From: Thermodesulfobacteriota bacterium
GTDB lineage: Bacteria > Desulfobacterota > Desulfobacteria > Desulfobacterales > SURF-7
Direction of reading: 5' to 3'
DNA length: 64,000 bases
Assembly: GCA_049320885.1 (NCBI GenBank)
Contig: JBMORA010000027.1
Location: forward strand, 32,001 to 96,000
Every line of letters begins with the position of its first letter. Positions within the stretch are counted from its first letter, which is position 1. The notes under the pieces were generated by a model that worked only from the letters and a program-made list of their open reading frames with translations, was not told where the DNA came from and ran no database searches. A program made the position numbers and the translations under genes. Below are positions 36,232 through 46,013 of this stretch, one piece after another.

Positions 36232-38013
36232 CTATTCCAGCAGGAACAGGTGGATATAGCGCGGATCGAGGCTTTCAGCCGCCACGGCTGCATATTCATT
36301 TTCCATATCCGCAAACAACTTGTCAAATGTCGCTCCCAAATCCGCAAGCAGTTCCTTCTCGGCCAGGCCTGTCTCCCGGCCGAGCCATACCAGAAAAGCC
36401 TGTTTCATGGCCGGCGGTATCCGGCGCGTTCCGGTCCCGCCCTTCGCCTTCCCTCCTGAATCCGCGGCCGGACCAGCCGGGGGCAGCAGTTCCTGAAAGA
36501 ACAGCTTGAAACGCGGGAACGGAACCGGCGCTTTTTCCGCCAATCCCAACCGCGCCCCGGCCCACAGGGTCAACAGCAGGCTGTCCCAGGCCGGCCCTCT
36601 GCCGGCCAATGCGGCCGGGACCACGGGAATCAGCAGGGACAGCAGCCGATCCAGGGCCGCGACTTCCCTCAGAACGGCGTCCGTTTCCCGCAGATCGTTG
36701 CCGGTCTGGAATTCCCGGTATAATACGCCTGTCCGGAACGCATCGAAGTACAGGGGTTTTTTGATCATCAGCCCGCCGATAACCCCCACCCGATGTTCCC
36801 CCCAGAAGCTCAACGGCAATCCGGCGCCGGCATACCAGCTGTTCTTCCGCCATTTGTCGGCCCGGTCTTTCAATTTCACCACCCGGTCATACCCGATCCG
36901 GAAAATGTCGGTCAGGGAGTGATTCAGGATCAAACCGGCGGCGAGCTCATCCGTCGCTTCCCGCCCCTCCTCTTCCATCAGGCGCTGCAATCCGAGGGAA
37001 AGATATCCGCTGGCTTTCGCCACCATCCGGCCCAGGGTTTCCCGCTCCCTGGCAACCACCTGATCGGCCGCCATGAGACGGTTGCAGAGGGCCGCGAGTT
37101 CGATCTGGACCTGCTCGACGGCGGCGGCGGTTTTCAGGGATCGTACCGCCCGGCCGAACGGGTCCTCCCCTCGCAGCAATACCGCAGGCGACAGGGAGAA
37201 AGGAATCAGGCCCCGGTCTTTTTTCACCACCGGCTTGCCGCGGAAAGCCGCCAGCTCGTCCCTTCCAAGGGGCTGGTAGACGCCCAGGGCTTCCTCGAAG
37301 GGCAGGAAGCCTTTTTCCGCCAGCCGGATATTGCGCCAGCGATACAGCTCCTCCTCGGTTTCCGCCGGCAGCAAGGTCGTGGACTCCACGAGGATCTGCT
37401 GGTATTTCACGAAATCGGTTTCGGCCAGCTGCGCCAGCATCGCGGCCAGGAACTCATACCGCCGCCCCTCATCCAGGCCACCCGCTTCCGGGTCGCCCGC
37501 TGCATCCAATATCCGAAAATAATAAACATCGTCAAAAGTGGCGTATTCATCACCGAAATCCGCGGGATCCTGGTCATGTTCCCGCATGATCACGGACACG
37601 TTGCGGTGCAGGCAGTATTCCAGCAGGTCGGTTTTTTCGTCCCGCAGCCAGGCTGTCAGCCGGCCGGAATCGGCCTGCATCAGCAGGGACAGCCAGGTAA
37701 TCAGGTTCGACTGGGAAATCCCGTCTTTTTGCCAGATTTCCAAATCCAGGAGGTATTCCCACTGCCTTCCGGAGGCCAGCGCCAGAAGCGGCAGACTGTC
37801 CGCGGGGCCGATATCGTGTACGAGAAAATAGAAATCCTCCTCCGCGAAGGAATGCACCAGCGGAAGCGGTTCCTCCGCCTCCAATATGGCATTCAGCGCC
37901 TTTTCCGGCGGCATCCCCAGAATCTCCGTGCGCTTCTCCCGCAGGCGGGCGAGGCGCGCCCTTATATCCAGTGGCAACATCCGATCCGTCATGGCAGCAC
38001 TGCTTTCCCCCAT
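36232..38013 (-). CDS. Conserved hypothetical protein (DUF6178-like)
   Basis: 593-aa ORF in an operon; LLDLEIW and RLAEKGFLPFEEA motifs. Confidence 0.7.
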   Translation of the reverse strand: MGESSAAMTDRMLPLDIRARLARLREKRTEILGMPPEKALNAILEAEEPLPLVHSFAEEDFYFLVHDIGPADSLPLLALASGRQWEYLLDLEIWQKDGISQSNLITWLSLLMQADSGRLTAWLRDEKTDLLEYCLHRNVSVIMREHDQDPADFGDEYATFDDVYYFRILDAAGDPEAGGLDEGRRYEFLAAMLAQLAETDFVKYQQILVESTTLLPAETEEELYRWRNIRLAEKGFLPFEEALGVYQPLGRDELAAFRGKPVVKKDRGLIPFSLSPAVLLRGEDPFGRAVRSLKTAAAVEQVQIELAALCNRLMAADQVVARERETLGRMVAKASGYLSLGLQRLMEEEGREATDELAAGLILNHSLTDIFRIGYDRVVKLKDRADKWRKNSWYAGAGLPLSFWGEHRVGVIGGLMIKKPLYFDAFRTGVLYREFQTGNDLRETDAVLREVAALDRLLSLLIPVVPAALAGRGPAWDSLLLTLWAGARLGLAEKAPVPFPRFKLFFQELLPPAGPAADSGGKAKGGTGTRRIPPAMKQAFLVWLGRETGLAEKELLADLGATFDKLFADMENEYAAVAAESLDPRYIHLFLLE

Positions 38014-39317
38014 TTCCTGGTTGTCGTTTCCGGCTCACCGGCCGGCCGCGGCGCGATTTTCAACAACATCAGCAGTCCCGGGGCGGCGATCACCGCGCAG
38101 CCGATGAAAAAAGCCCCCCATCCCATCTGCTTGGCGATCCATCCGGTGGGCGCGGAAGCCACGACCCGCGGCAACCCCATCAGGCTGCTGAGCAGGGCAT
38201 ACTGGGTCGCCGTGAAGCGTTTGTTGGTGATGCTGGCCATGAAGGCGGTATAGGCGGCCGTTCCCATTCCGCTGCTCAGGTTCTCGAAGCCGATGACCGC
38301 GGCCAGGATGGGGATCACCGCGGCGCCCGTCTGGGCCAGTACAGCGAAACAGGCCGTGGACAGGGCCTGAAAAAGCCCGAAAACCACCAGGCACCGATGG
38401 ATCCCGAATCGCAGCAGGGCGACCCCGCCCAGCAGGGCCCCCGCCAGGGTGGCGCCGGTGCCGAACACCTTCACCACCGCGCCGATTTGGGTTCTGGTGA
38501 ACCCGATATCCAGGTAAAAAGGGGTGGCAATGGCCGCCGCCATGGTGTCGCCGATCTTGAACAGGAAAATGAAGCCCAGGATCCACAAGGCATTGGGGCG
38601 GCTGAAATACTCCCCCAGGGGATCGACCACCGCCGCCCGGAGGGTCCGGGGACTTCCGGAGGCCGTCTCCGGTTCCGGCGTCAGCAGGGTGACGGCCACC
38701 CCGGGCAGCAGGCAGCCGGCCATAATGAAATACACCGTGGGAAACGACACATGATCCGAAAGAATCAGGCCGCCGCCGGAAGCCAGCAGCATTCCCATGC
38801 GATAGCCGTAGATATAAACCGAGGAACCCAAACCCAGTTCCTCGTCCGCCAGGTCCTCCCGCCGGTAGGCATCCACGACGATATCCTGGGTGGCGCTGAA
38901 AAAGGCCGTCAAACCGGCGGCGATCACCGTCAGCCAGAGCGATCGCACCGGATCGGAACAACCCAGCGCAACGATGGCCGCCATCAGCCCGAGCTGGGCA
39001 ATGAGCAGCCACCCCCGCCTGCGGCCCAGTTTCGGTATGGCAAAGCGGTCCAGGAAAGGGGCCCATAAAAATTTCCAGGAATAGGGCAGCTGCACCAGGG
39101 TGATCATGCCGATCCAGGTCAAATCCACGCCCCCTGCCTGCATCCAGGCCTGGAGGACACCGATGGTCAGCAGCAGCGGCAACCCGCAGCAAAACCCCAT
39201 CATGAAGGCCACCGCCATCCGGCGGCTGATCATGACCTGCAGAACGGTTATCCGACTCCTTGCATCCACTCCCGGATCCCACTTTTTCAGCCGGCCGGTC
39301 ATCCCGGCCTGGTCCAT
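37989..39317 (-). CDS. ampG: AmpG-family muropeptide MFS transporter
   Basis: GLPLLL, WKFLWAP..D, GRRRGWLL, SATQDIVVDAYR, FTATQYALLSSL; start overlaps the PEPCK stop. Confidence 0.88.
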   Translation of the reverse strand: MDQAGMTGRLKKWDPGVDARSRITVLQVMISRRMAVAFMMGFCCGLPLLLTIGVLQAWMQAGGVDLTWIGMITLVQLPYSWKFLWAPFLDRFAIPKLGRRRGWLLIAQLGLMAAIVALGCSDPVRSLWLTVIAAGLTAFFSATQDIVVDAYRREDLADEELGLGSSVYIYGYRMGMLLASGGGLILSDHVSFPTVYFIMAGCLLPGVAVTLLTPEPETASGSPRTLRAAVVDPLGEYFSRPNALWILGFIFLFKIGDTMAAAIATPFYLDIGFTRTQIGAVVKVFGTGATLAGALLGGVALLRFGIHRCLVVFGLFQALSTACFAVLAQTGAAVIPILAAVIGFENLSSGMGTAAYTAFMASITNKRFTATQYALLSSLMGLPRVVASAPTGWIAKQMGWGAFFIGCAVIAAPGLLMLLKIAPRPAGEPETTTRKWGKAVLP

Positions 39318-41275
39318 TATGCCTGTAATCGCGCAGGCGTCGCCACGGAACCGGTTTTTTTCCGCAGGGCGATCAATTCGTCCCGTTGCGCCCGCAGCAC
39401 TGCGAAAAGCCGCTGGGGGATATTCCATTCTTTTTTGTAGGCGTCGATCTGCAGATCGATGCGGGCCAGAATATGATCGATATACAAAGAGAACTGCTTT
39501 GTATACAGGGTTTCCGGGTAGTCCTTGGCGATGATGGATCGGAAAAGATGGCACAGATCCTCGTATTTCGGCAGATAACCGATGGGCGTATCGATCACCC
39601 CTACCTCGCCGTGGGCGTGCCTTTCCAGCCAGGCCAGCCACACCTTGACGTCCCGCTTCTCGCCCAGCAGTTTTTTGCCGCCGCCGCCCCGGGCCTCCTC
39701 GGTGAGAAAATAATTCAGCCCGGCCATCACCGGTTTCTTGTCGGCGGCGATCCGTGGATTGTTGAAGAAGGTGAACTGGGCGTCCATGTAGTCCCCCAGG
39801 GCCCCCGGGATGAACGGCGCATTGGCCCATGGAGCGCGTTTTACGCCCGTTGCCCCGACCTCCGTTGCGGTGGCGGCCGAGACGATGCAGGCGCCGATAG
39901 CCACCCCCTGGTCCGGTGTCTTGGCAACCCAGACCGGCGGCATGGTGTCGCTGTCCCGCCCGCTGTAGGTGACGATCCGCGTGACCACGCCGGCGGGGTT
40001 TTCGGTTTCCGCCGAATAATTGGCCAAGGCGGCGGCGGACAGCGTGCAACGAGAATTGGGATGGGAGATGGGAACCGGCTTGCCTTTGCCGTCCACCATT
40101 CCCTTTTTCCAGGGTCCCTGGTAATTTCGGCCCTCTTCCGGCGCTTCCTCGCCGTTTCCGGTCCAGTGGGGCACGCCGTTGTTGTCGATCAACACGTTGG
40201 ACCAGATCACTTCGGTTTTCGGATTGCGCAGCAGTTCCATCAGGTGCGGGTCGCCCTCCTGATTGACGTCTTCCACGATGCCGAAGATGCCGCATTCGGG
40301 ATTGATGGAACGGATGCTGCCGTCCGCCGCGATCCACATCTGGACCAGATCATCGCCCACGAAAAAATTTCCGGCCATGGCCGTGGTGGTCTTCCCGCAT
40401 CCGCTGGGAGCCGCTCCGGTACACCAGGTGATCCGGCCGCCGGGCCCGCTGACACCGGTGATGAACATATGCTCGGCCAGTTCATGGCCGCGGTTTTCAT
40501 AGACCGCCTTGTCCACGGCAAACCGGTGGTTGCCTTTCTTCAGCAGCAGCGTGTTGCCGGCGTAGGTGCAATACATGCTGTAAGTGGTCCAGTGACTGCG
40601 ATCCATGTAAACCCTGGCATTCGGCAGGTCTTCGGGACGGTTGGCGCCTTCGCTGTGCACATTGGTGAAGAAATGGCCCAGCCTGGCGACTTCCCGGTCA
40701 AAATGGGCATAGGCGTTGCGGTATAAAATTTCCGCGCTGTGGCTGACATAGGCGGAGCTGGTGATTTCCAGGGCCGGATTGGACACCGGCGCGCCGATGG
40801 GACCGCGCATGTAAAACCCCACCACCATGACCCGGCCGGCCATGATCCCGCTCATCTTTTCCCGGATTTCCCCAAGCGCTTCGGAACGGAGTTGCTTGTT
40901 GGCCAGGGAACTGATGGTCTCGCCCTCGTTGGCGATATAAAAGGTCCGGTCGATGATGCGGCCCTGTTCCTCTTTCAGGTCATAGTGGATGGTATGGCCC
41001 TTCATGGGCAGGGCCTCCTCTTCCCCGTTTTTCAGGGCCAGGTCGCGGATATACCGCCGATCCTCTCCGGAACCGGTATTGATGAAAACCGTCTCGGGCC
41101 GGCACATGACCATGGTATTGGCGATCTTCATCAACACCTCCGGATGCCGAATGGTTTCCACCCGGGCCAGCTGGATCGGGTCCAGTTTTTCCCGGAACAA
41201 GGCCCTTGCCTGTTCGGGCGACCGGATTCCGCCTATTTCCGTGACGATATCGATGCCTTTGTTTCGTTCCAACAT
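39317..41275 (-). CDS. pckG: Phosphoenolpyruvate carboxykinase (GTP)
   Basis: YAGN.LL.KK, LAEHM, APSGCGKT, VGDD, INPE.G.FG, SHPNSR. Confidence 0.92.
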   Translation of the reverse strand: MLERNKGIDIVTEIGGIRSPEQARALFREKLDPIQLARVETIRHPEVLMKIANTMVMCRPETVFINTGSGEDRRYIRDLALKNGEEEALPMKGHTIHYDLKEEQGRIIDRTFYIANEGETISSLANKQLRSEALGEIREKMSGIMAGRVMVVGFYMRGPIGAPVSNPALEITSSAYVSHSAEILYRNAYAHFDREVARLGHFFTNVHSEGANRPEDLPNARVYMDRSHWTTYSMYCTYAGNTLLLKKGNHRFAVDKAVYENRGHELAEHMFITGVSGPGGRITWCTGAAPSGCGKTTTAMAGNFFVGDDLVQMWIAADGSIRSINPECGIFGIVEDVNQEGDPHLMELLRNPKTEVIWSNVLIDNNGVPHWTGNGEEAPEEGRNYQGPWKKGMVDGKGKPVPISHPNSRCTLSAAALANYSAETENPAGVVTRIVTYSGRDSDTMPPVWVAKTPDQGVAIGACIVSAATATEVGATGVKRAPWANAPFIPGALGDYMDAQFTFFNNPRIAADKKPVMAGLNYFLTEEARGGGGKKLLGEKRDVKVWLAWLERHAHGEVGVIDTPIGYLPKYEDLCHLFRSIIAKDYPETLYTKQFSLYIDHILARIDLQIDAYKKEWNIPQRLFAVLRAQRDELIALRKKTGSVATPARLQA

Positions 41276-41344
41276 GCTCTTTCTCCCTTTCGGACCCGCG
41301 GTTCCCGAAGATGAATCAACAAGGGCCGCGGTCCGGAAATCGCC

Positions 41345-42010
41345 TTACGCGCCTTCGTCGCCCGGCGCGCCGCACCCCACCCGCTGCGGCGCCGGAGAAT
41401 GCCGCCTGATCCAGGCCAGAACCTTGTCGAATTCGGCGGCCATTTCCATGAGGGCCCTGGCGCGATGGCTGATCCGGTTTTTTTCCGCCAGGTTCATTTC
41501 GGCAAAGGTTTTGTTCAGTTCCGGGTAATAAAATATCGGATCATAGCCGAATCCGCCTGCCCCCGCCATGGTTTCCGCGATGAATCCATGGCAAGCCGCC
41601 TCATAGGTCAACGCCGGTCCCGAGGGCACGGCAATGGAAATCACGCACTGGAAAAAAGCCCTGCGATCGGACCGGCCCGCCATCTCCTGAAGCAGTTTTT
41701 CGCAACGCTGCCGGTCTGTGGCGTCCGTTCCCGCGTAGCGCGCCGACAGGACCCCCGGAGCCCCCCCCAGGGCCGCAACCACCAGCCCGGAATCATCGGC
41801 CAGGGCCGGCAGCCCCAGGATCCTGGCGGTCATGCTGGATTTCTTGTACGCATTGTCGTCGAAGGTTTCCCCGTCTTCGACGATTTCCGGAATCGGGCCG
41901 AAATCGTTGAGATTTTTTATATCGATCGGCTGATACTTCAGCAGTTCCCTGATTTCACTTATTTTCCCCTCGTTGCGCGTGGCGATGACAAGGGTCGTTT
42001 TTGCTGGCAT
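41345..42010 (-). CDS. rdgB: XTP/dITP diphosphatase (Ham1 family)
   Basis: ATRNEGK, ADDSGL, GFGYDPIF, KNRISHR. Confidence 0.93.
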   Translation of the reverse strand: MPAKTTLVIATRNEGKISEIRELLKYQPIDIKNLNDFGPIPEIVEDGETFDDNAYKKSSMTARILGLPALADDSGLVVAALGGAPGVLSARYAGTDATDRQRCEKLLQEMAGRSDRRAFFQCVISIAVPSGPALTYEAACHGFIAETMAGAGGFGYDPIFYYPELNKTFAEMNLAEKNRISHRARALMEMAAEFDKVLAWIRRHSPAPQRVGCGAPGDEGA

Positions 42011-42245
42011 GGTGAAACGTCCATATCCCTGATGATGGTTTTCCCCGCTCCCCGGCCGGATCGAAGCCGCCGGGACGGTGTCGATTAAAAAGGTATATAT
42101 AGTTCAAGGTATTTTCTTTGTAAAGATATTTCAACCGCTTGTCATGGAAAAGCCTTTACAGGAGGATGCCGGGTGGTATATGGAGACTGTCTATGTGAAT
42201 TGGAACCCGTCCGGATCATTCCGGCTAGGATGAAAGGAAACCTCC

Positions 42246-44108
42246 ATGCATAAACTGCTGACCGACAACCCCGGCATGGAAATGCTGCTGCTCGGCAACG
42301 AGGCCATCGCCCGGGGCGCCGTTGAAGCCGGTGTGGCCTGCGCCACCACCTATCCGGGAACGCCATCCTCCGAAATCTCGCTGAATTTCTTTCAGCTATC
42401 GAAAGAAAGCGACCTCTACTTCGAATACAGCACCAACGAAAAGACCGCCCTGGAAATGGCGGCGGCGGCGGCCAATTGCGGCGTCCGCAGCATGTGCGTC
42501 ATGAAACACGTGGGCCTGAACGTGGCCGCCGACACGCTCATGACCCTTGCCTATGTCGGGGTGAAAGGCGGTCTGGTGATCCTGACGGCGGATGATCCCT
42601 ACATGTTTTCCAGCCAGAACGAACAGGACAACCGCTATTATGGGAAGCTGTCCGGACTGCCGATCCTGGAGCCGTCCTCCGTGGCGGAAGCCCGGGAGAT
42701 GACCATCGAGGCCTTTGCCCTGTCGGAAGCCCTCCAGGAACCGGTCCTCCTGCGGACCACCACCCGGATCAACCATTCCACGGCCGTCGTGCCGCTGGGG
42801 GCCATCACGCCGCCCAAAACCCATGGCGGTTTCGTCCGGGATCCCTTCAACTATGTCACCGTCCCGGCGGTCTCCCGCAAACTCCATGTCAAGCTGCTGC
42901 AGCATCTGGAACAGGCGGCGGCGCTCTCGGACCGCTCCCCCCGGAATTTTGTCCAGGGCGGCGGTCCCTGGGGACTCATCTGCAACGGCGTCAGCTACAA
43001 TTACGTGACCGACGCCATCGACGATCTGGAAATCGGGGAAAAAACCAGCGTCCTGCGCATCGGCTTCTCCCATCCCATGCCGGCCTCCATGGTCAAAACC
43101 TTTCTGCAGGGCAAGGAAATGGTGCTGGTGGTGGAGGAAGGCGAACCGTACATGGAAGAGGCAGTCAAGGCCCTGGCCCAGGAAGCGGGCCTGACCCTGC
43201 CCATCGCCGGAAAAGGCGGAACCCTGTTCAGCCGCCTGGGCGAATTCGATCCCGCCATGGTCCGGTCGGTGATCGCCGCCTATTTCGACCTTCCCGGCCT
43301 CTTGAAAGCCAGCCCGGATCTGTCCGACATGCCGGAAATTCCCCAGCGCCCGCCGAATTTATGCGCCGGCTGTTCCCACCGGGCGGTTTTTTACGCCGTC
43401 AAAAAAGCGGCCCAGGGCCTGGACGTGGTCTATCCCACCGACATCGGCTGCTATACCCTGGGATTTCTGCCGCCGCTGTCCATGGGGGACTTCCTGCTCT
43501 GCATGGGGTCCTCCTCCGGCACTTCGGGCGGATTCTCCAGATTTTCCGGCAAAAAAGTGGTGGCCTATATCGGGGACTCCACGTTTTTCCATTCCGGCAT
43601 CCCCGGTCTGATCAACGGGGTGTTCAACAATCACGACTTCACCCTGGTGATTCTCGACAACCGCACCACCGCCATGACCGGTCATCAACCCAATCCCGGA
43701 GTGGACATGCGGGAACTCCAATACGAAGGGTACAATCCCATTGATATCGAAACCCTGGTCCGATCCCTGGGTGTCGGCCATGTATCGGTGATCAAGCCCT
43801 ACAACCTGAAAAAAAGCATCCCGCAGCTCACCGAGGCTTTGCGCTACAAGGGGGTGTCGGTGGTGATCGCCAGGGAAAAATGCTCGCTGTACGCCAAAAG
43901 CCTGAAGCAGCTCCGGGCGAAACCGTTTTTTGTTTCCGATAAATGCAAAAACCATCGGGACTGCATCAACGAACTGGCCTGCCCGGCCTTTTTCATTCAG
44001 GACAACCGGGTGGGCATCAACCCCGCCCTCTGCGTCGGCTGCGCCGTCTGCGCCCAGATCTGCCCCGAGCATGCCATTTTACCCTTGAAAGTGAAGGATA
44101 GCGAATGA
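42246..44108 (+). CDS. iorA: Indolepyruvate:ferredoxin oxidoreductase alpha subunit
   Basis: LLGNEAIARG, YPGTPSSE, SSQNEQD, RPPNLCAGC, GDSTFFHSG, C-terminal ferredoxin. Confidence 0.93.
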   Translation: MHKLLTDNPGMEMLLLGNEAIARGAVEAGVACATTYPGTPSSEISLNFFQLSKESDLYFEYSTNEKTALEMAAAAANCGVRSMCVMKHVGLNVAADTLMTLAYVGVKGGLVILTADDPYMFSSQNEQDNRYYGKLSGLPILEPSSVAEAREMTIEAFALSEALQEPVLLRTTTRINHSTAVVPLGAITPPKTHGGFVRDPFNYVTVPAVSRKLHVKLLQHLEQAAALSDRSPRNFVQGGGPWGLICNGVSYNYVTDAIDDLEIGEKTSVLRIGFSHPMPASMVKTFLQGKEMVLVVEEGEPYMEEAVKALAQEAGLTLPIAGKGGTLFSRLGEFDPAMVRSVIAAYFDLPGLLKASPDLSDMPEIPQRPPNLCAGCSHRAVFYAVKKAAQGLDVVYPTDIGCYTLGFLPPLSMGDFLLCMGSSSGTSGGFSRFSGKKVVAYIGDSTFFHSGIPGLINGVFNNHDFTLVILDNRTTAMTGHQPNPGVDMRELQYEGYNPIDIETLVRSLGVGHVSVIKPYNLKKSIPQLTEALRYKGVSVVIAREKCSLYAKSLKQLRAKPFFVSDKCKNHRDCINELACPAFFIQDNRVGINPALCVGCAVCAQICPEHAILPLKVKDSE

Positions 44109-44695
44109 ATACCAAACGACTGATCATTGTGGCGGTGGGGGGCCAGGGCAACCTGCTGGCTTCCAGGATTCTCGGCGAAGCGGCGCTGCTTTCCGGAGTT
44201 CCGGTCCGCATGAGTGAAATTCACGGCATGGCCCAGCGCGGCGGCGTGGTGGAGTCCGCCATCCTCTTCGGGGAAGGGCGGAGCACGATCATTTCCGACG
44301 GCGAAGCCGATGTGCTGGTGAGCTTCGAGCCGTCCGAGGCCATGCGGGCCCTGAACCGCTGCAACAACCGGACCATCGTCATCACCAACCTGTCCCCCCT
44401 GCCGCCCTTCACCACCATCATCGGCCGGGGGACTTACCCGGACCTGAAAGCCGGCCTTGCGCTCATCCGGGAAAAAACCGGCGGACTGATCGCCCTGGAC
44501 GCAACCGATCTGGCGATCCAGGCGGGGAATGTCATGGCCGTCAACATGGTGCTCCTGGGGGCATTGATCCGGACCGGGATCCTACCCCTGTCGGACGAAA
44601 ACGTCCGCGCCGCCATAAGGACCCGCACCAGAAAGTCCACGGTGGATGTGAATCTGAAGGCCTTTGACAGCGGCTACCAGGCGGGCGGGAAGTAA
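44105..44695 (+). CDS. iorB: Indolepyruvate:ferredoxin oxidoreductase beta subunit
   Basis: VGGQG, SEIHGMAQRGG, NMVLLG; ATGA overlap with iorA. Confidence 0.92.
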   Translation: MNTKRLIIVAVGGQGNLLASRILGEAALLSGVPVRMSEIHGMAQRGGVVESAILFGEGRSTIISDGEADVLVSFEPSEAMRALNRCNNRTIVITNLSPLPPFTTIIGRGTYPDLKAGLALIREKTGGLIALDATDLAIQAGNVMAVNMVLLGALIRTGILPLSDENVRAAIRTRTRKSTVDVNLKAFDSGYQAGGK

Positions 44696-44821
44696 GCGCT
44701 TCCCATGCCGGCCCCCTGCCCGGCGAAGCGACGCCCGTAATCGTAATCGAACGACGGCCGGCGGCAGCGCAGGGGCACCGATTGCGATTACCGGCAGGGA
44801 AAAACGGTATGGAAAGTGTAT

Positions 44822-45052
44822 CTACTCCCCTTGCTCCCCGGTGTCCGGTTCCGTCTCCGCCTGCCCCCGCTCCATCTCGATGTGTTCCTTGATTTCCTTG
44901 AGCACAAAATAGCGCTTGACGGCCCGGGCGATTTCCGCCTGGGAAGGAGACTGCCCGGTGGTCTCCGCGACGAACTTGCGAATGCTTTCCAGGGCGTCCC
45001 ACAGGACCGTTTCGACTGCGTGGCTTTCCGTTTCCATACGCTCCCCGCTCAT
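44822..45052 (-). CDS. Small hypothetical protein
   Basis: ATGA overlap with the upstream regulator; 76 aa, helical. Confidence 0.6.
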   Translation of the reverse strand: MSGERMETESHAVETVLWDALESIRKFVAETTGQSPSQAEIARAVKRYFVLKEIKEHIEMERGQAETEPDTGEQGE

Positions 45053-45801
45053 TCCCCGGCGGCCGCATCGAGGTTGGATGCCGCCGCGAATTGTTTGACC
45101 ATATCCAGGATCAGGCGTTTCCGGATGATGCCGATCATGGTGTTGATGACAGTGGTACCGCCTTCCACCATGCGGATCATCTCCTCCGGGCTGATCCGGC
45201 CGGCCGCCCGTTTGACCATGATTTCCGTCTCGGCCGCCACCAGGGTCCCCATGGCCGCGAGATGCGGGGTCAATACGTCCGCGTCGAATCCCAGTTCCCG
45301 GGAAAAACCGATTTCCCTGAGTTTTTTCCAGCATTCCATGAAACGGATATCATCTTCTTCATACCAGCGCTGTTTTCCTTTCGTAACGGGCCGCAGCAGC
45401 CCCATCCGCTCCAGGGTTTTCATTTCCCGAAGAGTCGCCCCCGTGCGCTCGGCCAGTTGCTTGGTGGTGGCTTTCTTGATTTCGATGCTCTCGGTCATGT
45501 TCCGGAACAGGCGGCCGTCCATTTCCGCTATCGTCCGGATCTCGTCGACGCTCAGTTCGCTCCGGTCGTTGCGGACCATCTTCCGGATCACCGACAGCGG
45601 CAGATACCGCTTGGTCTGCAGTTCCTTGATCACCTTGATGGCATTGACATGCTCCATGGTGTAATAGTGCATGTTGGGATTGGCGACGATGGGCCTGGGA
45701 ATCAGGCCTTCCTTGATATAAAACAGGATGGTTGCCTTGGGAACGCCGGATACAGCCACCAGCTCCTTCATGCGCATGCGTTTCTTGATGGGTTCCGCCA
45801 C
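45049..45801 (-). CDS. MerR-family transcriptional regulator
   Basis: MRMKELVAVSGVPKATILFYIKEGL; second MerR-like repeat; GTG start after GGAG. Confidence 0.85.
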   Translation of the reverse strand: MAEPIKKRMRMKELVAVSGVPKATILFYIKEGLIPRPIVANPNMHYYTMEHVNAIKVIKELQTKRYLPLSVIRKMVRNDRSELSVDEIRTIAEMDGRLFRNMTESIEIKKATTKQLAERTGATLREMKTLERMGLLRPVTKGKQRWYEEDDIRFMECWKKLREIGFSRELGFDADVLTPHLAAMGTLVAAETEIMVKRAAGRISPEEMIRMVEGGTTVINTMIGIIRKRLILDMVKQFAAASNLDAAAGE

Positions 45802-45884
45802 GGGTAGACTCCAGTCGTTTGCAGGTTGCCCGCCCTTCCTCCTCGCATCGGGACTGCCATCATTCTTACCCGTGAAAATACTTG

Positions 45885-45913
45885 TTGACAAGAAAAAACG
45901 CAATCATTATAGA
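45885..45913 (+). promoter_or_regulatory. Candidate sigma-70 promoter
   Basis: TTGACA-N17-TATAGA, about 100 nt upstream of 46014. Confidence 0.45.
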
Positions 45914-46013
45914 GCGTCATAACTGTAAAGTGTTGCTTTTCACTTTACTTTAATGCCTGCCCGAACGCATGATGGGAAAGGGCAAACCGCAACGATGAGA
46001 GGAGAATGATCGT

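Noticed and set aside
39318..40337. Long N-terminal extension of AmpG in the ORF track, and similar extensions on selB, hipB and ispH
   Set aside because: They overlap neighbouring genes in other frames; downstream starts with an RBS, promoter or stop-start coupling fit better.
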